This document shows positions 62,846 to 64,000 of a stretch of DNA of 64,000 nucleotides, piece by piece (within the stretch, counting starts at the first letter, position 1; each line of letters opens with the position of its first letter). This stretch comes from Squalus acanthias (taxonomy: Eukaryota): positions 51,276,001-51,340,000 of the forward strand of contig CM059432.1 in the NCBI GenBank assembly GCA_030390025.1. The letters are read 5' to 3'. Below the pieces are notes generated by a model. The model searched no databases and had not been told where the DNA came from. It saw nothing but the letters and a program-made list of their open reading frames with translations. A program made the translations under genes and the position numbers.

Positions 62846-64000
62846 ATGAAGGGGGGCATACTCCTACTCGCTCTGATAGGAATGAGCGCTGGGAGGCGAG
62901 GTGACGTGGAGGACTCCCACATCTATGGGTGCTCAGGAGTGAGAGCACCAGTCGTCACCGCAGGGGGTGGCGAGCGGGGAGTGGAGGAGCTCGCCATCTA
63001 CTTCCACGAGGGAAGGTGGCCAGGGTGGCTGGGGTCCAACTCTACTAAATACTCCAACCAGCCCGGGTTCACGTACGGGGAGGCCTCCCTCCCATGCCCC
63101 AGAATACAGGTCATTGCCACAAGGGTCAGTGTCACCGAGGGGAAGCGTGTGTGCCTTACCTGTAAGGGACGAATTCCCCTAAATAGGTGGTGGTGGCTCA
63201 GGAAGCTGAGCAGGGATGCAGGGGACCATACAGCCGACTGGGAAAGATTAGGGAACGACACCCACCGGACAATCACAGGGACCCAAGGAGGAGTCAGTGT
63301 TTGTTGGGATAAGTGGTGGGAGTCGGAACAGGGAGTCTATGTTTGTATGTGGGGATCAGAGGAAGCCTGCCCCACAGGGGTATCCATCATCTTCTCCAGC
63401 CAATGGCAGGATGCCGGGGAGGGGATAGGGTGGGATTCTAGCCTGCATGGGTGCGTGGTCCCACACATTCCGGTCCCAGTTAATGCCACTGAACTCGTGG
63501 GACACACCCGAAAGCCCCTACCCACGACCCAGGTACCGAAAACCCTGGAAGAAAAGTGCCCTACCACCACCAAGGGACCAGGGAATGGGTTAGTCCTAGT
63601 ACCAACCGAAAAGGTACTATACCAGGGGGTACACTATGCAGTAGCTTCAGTAATATTAAACCTCACCGAGGTATACTTACCTGAGTGGTGTCCTAAGGAG
63701 ACGGAGCAACTGTACCAGGCCCTGCTAAAGGAAATGTTTAGGAAATTTTACGAATTTGATTTTGCCAATATAGACAAAGTAGAGCTATACAGAATACACC
63801 TATGGGCACGGGTAGACAAAGAAGGGAAGCCTGGAATGATGTCTTCACTGCCTATAGTACAGGGTCCTCTGTAATAAATAGCCTGGATGACATGGAATTA
63901 CAGACACAGATAAATGGTTTAAAAACCCAGTTAAGAAAGATCCTGAAGGATGGGAACACAGTGGTAGGCTCAGAGCTACATGAGGACCAAGCTATGACGG
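62846..64000 (+). CDS. env: Envelope glycoprotein (partial): signal peptide, Ig-like domain, F2-like segment, furin site, fusion peptide and heptad repeat; -1 frameshift at about 63760-63800
   Basis: MKGGILLLALIGMSAG; N-glycosylation sequons NST, NDT, NAT and NLT. The shifted frame reads GRQRR/EAWNDVFTAYSTGSSVINSLDDMELQTQINGLKTQLRKILKD. Confidence 0.8.

Larger units (their letters stand above)
55581..64000 (+). mobile_element. Endogenous retrovirus-like provirus (lokiretrovirus-like), 3' part beyond the window
   Basis: LTR-PBS-gag-pol-env order, dual RNase H, and env with a signal peptide and furin site. Confidence 0.85.

Overview
Eukaryotic, repeat-dominated DNA, most likely from a cartilaginous fish. 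That assignment is inferred from the Deu-type tRNA SINEs, CR1 and L2 LINEs and Penelope family; no host protein-coding gene could be supported. Positions 1-55.5 kb are a nested transposon landscape. It holds four near full-length PIF/Harbinger DNA transposons (a DDE transposase and a convergent three-exon Myb/SANT gene, one of which splices to an apparently intact 458-aa protein), many non-autonomous Harbinger-type elements with 3-bp target duplications, CR1-group LINEs, Deu-SINEs and Penelope fragments carrying minimal hammerhead ribozyme motifs. The last 8.4 kb is an almost intact endogenous retrovirus-like provirus cut by the window edge. It has a 5' LTR, a tRNA-Ser-like PBS, a coiled-coil Gag with a CCHC knuckle, an in-frame UGA-CUG gag/pol junction, and a Pol of PR-RT-degenerate RNase H-second RNase H-IN. 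Its spliced env looks like a Mononegavirales-F-type fusion protein (lokiretrovirus-like) and carries an apparent immunoglobulin domain in its N-terminal part. This provirus is the most novel-looking item.
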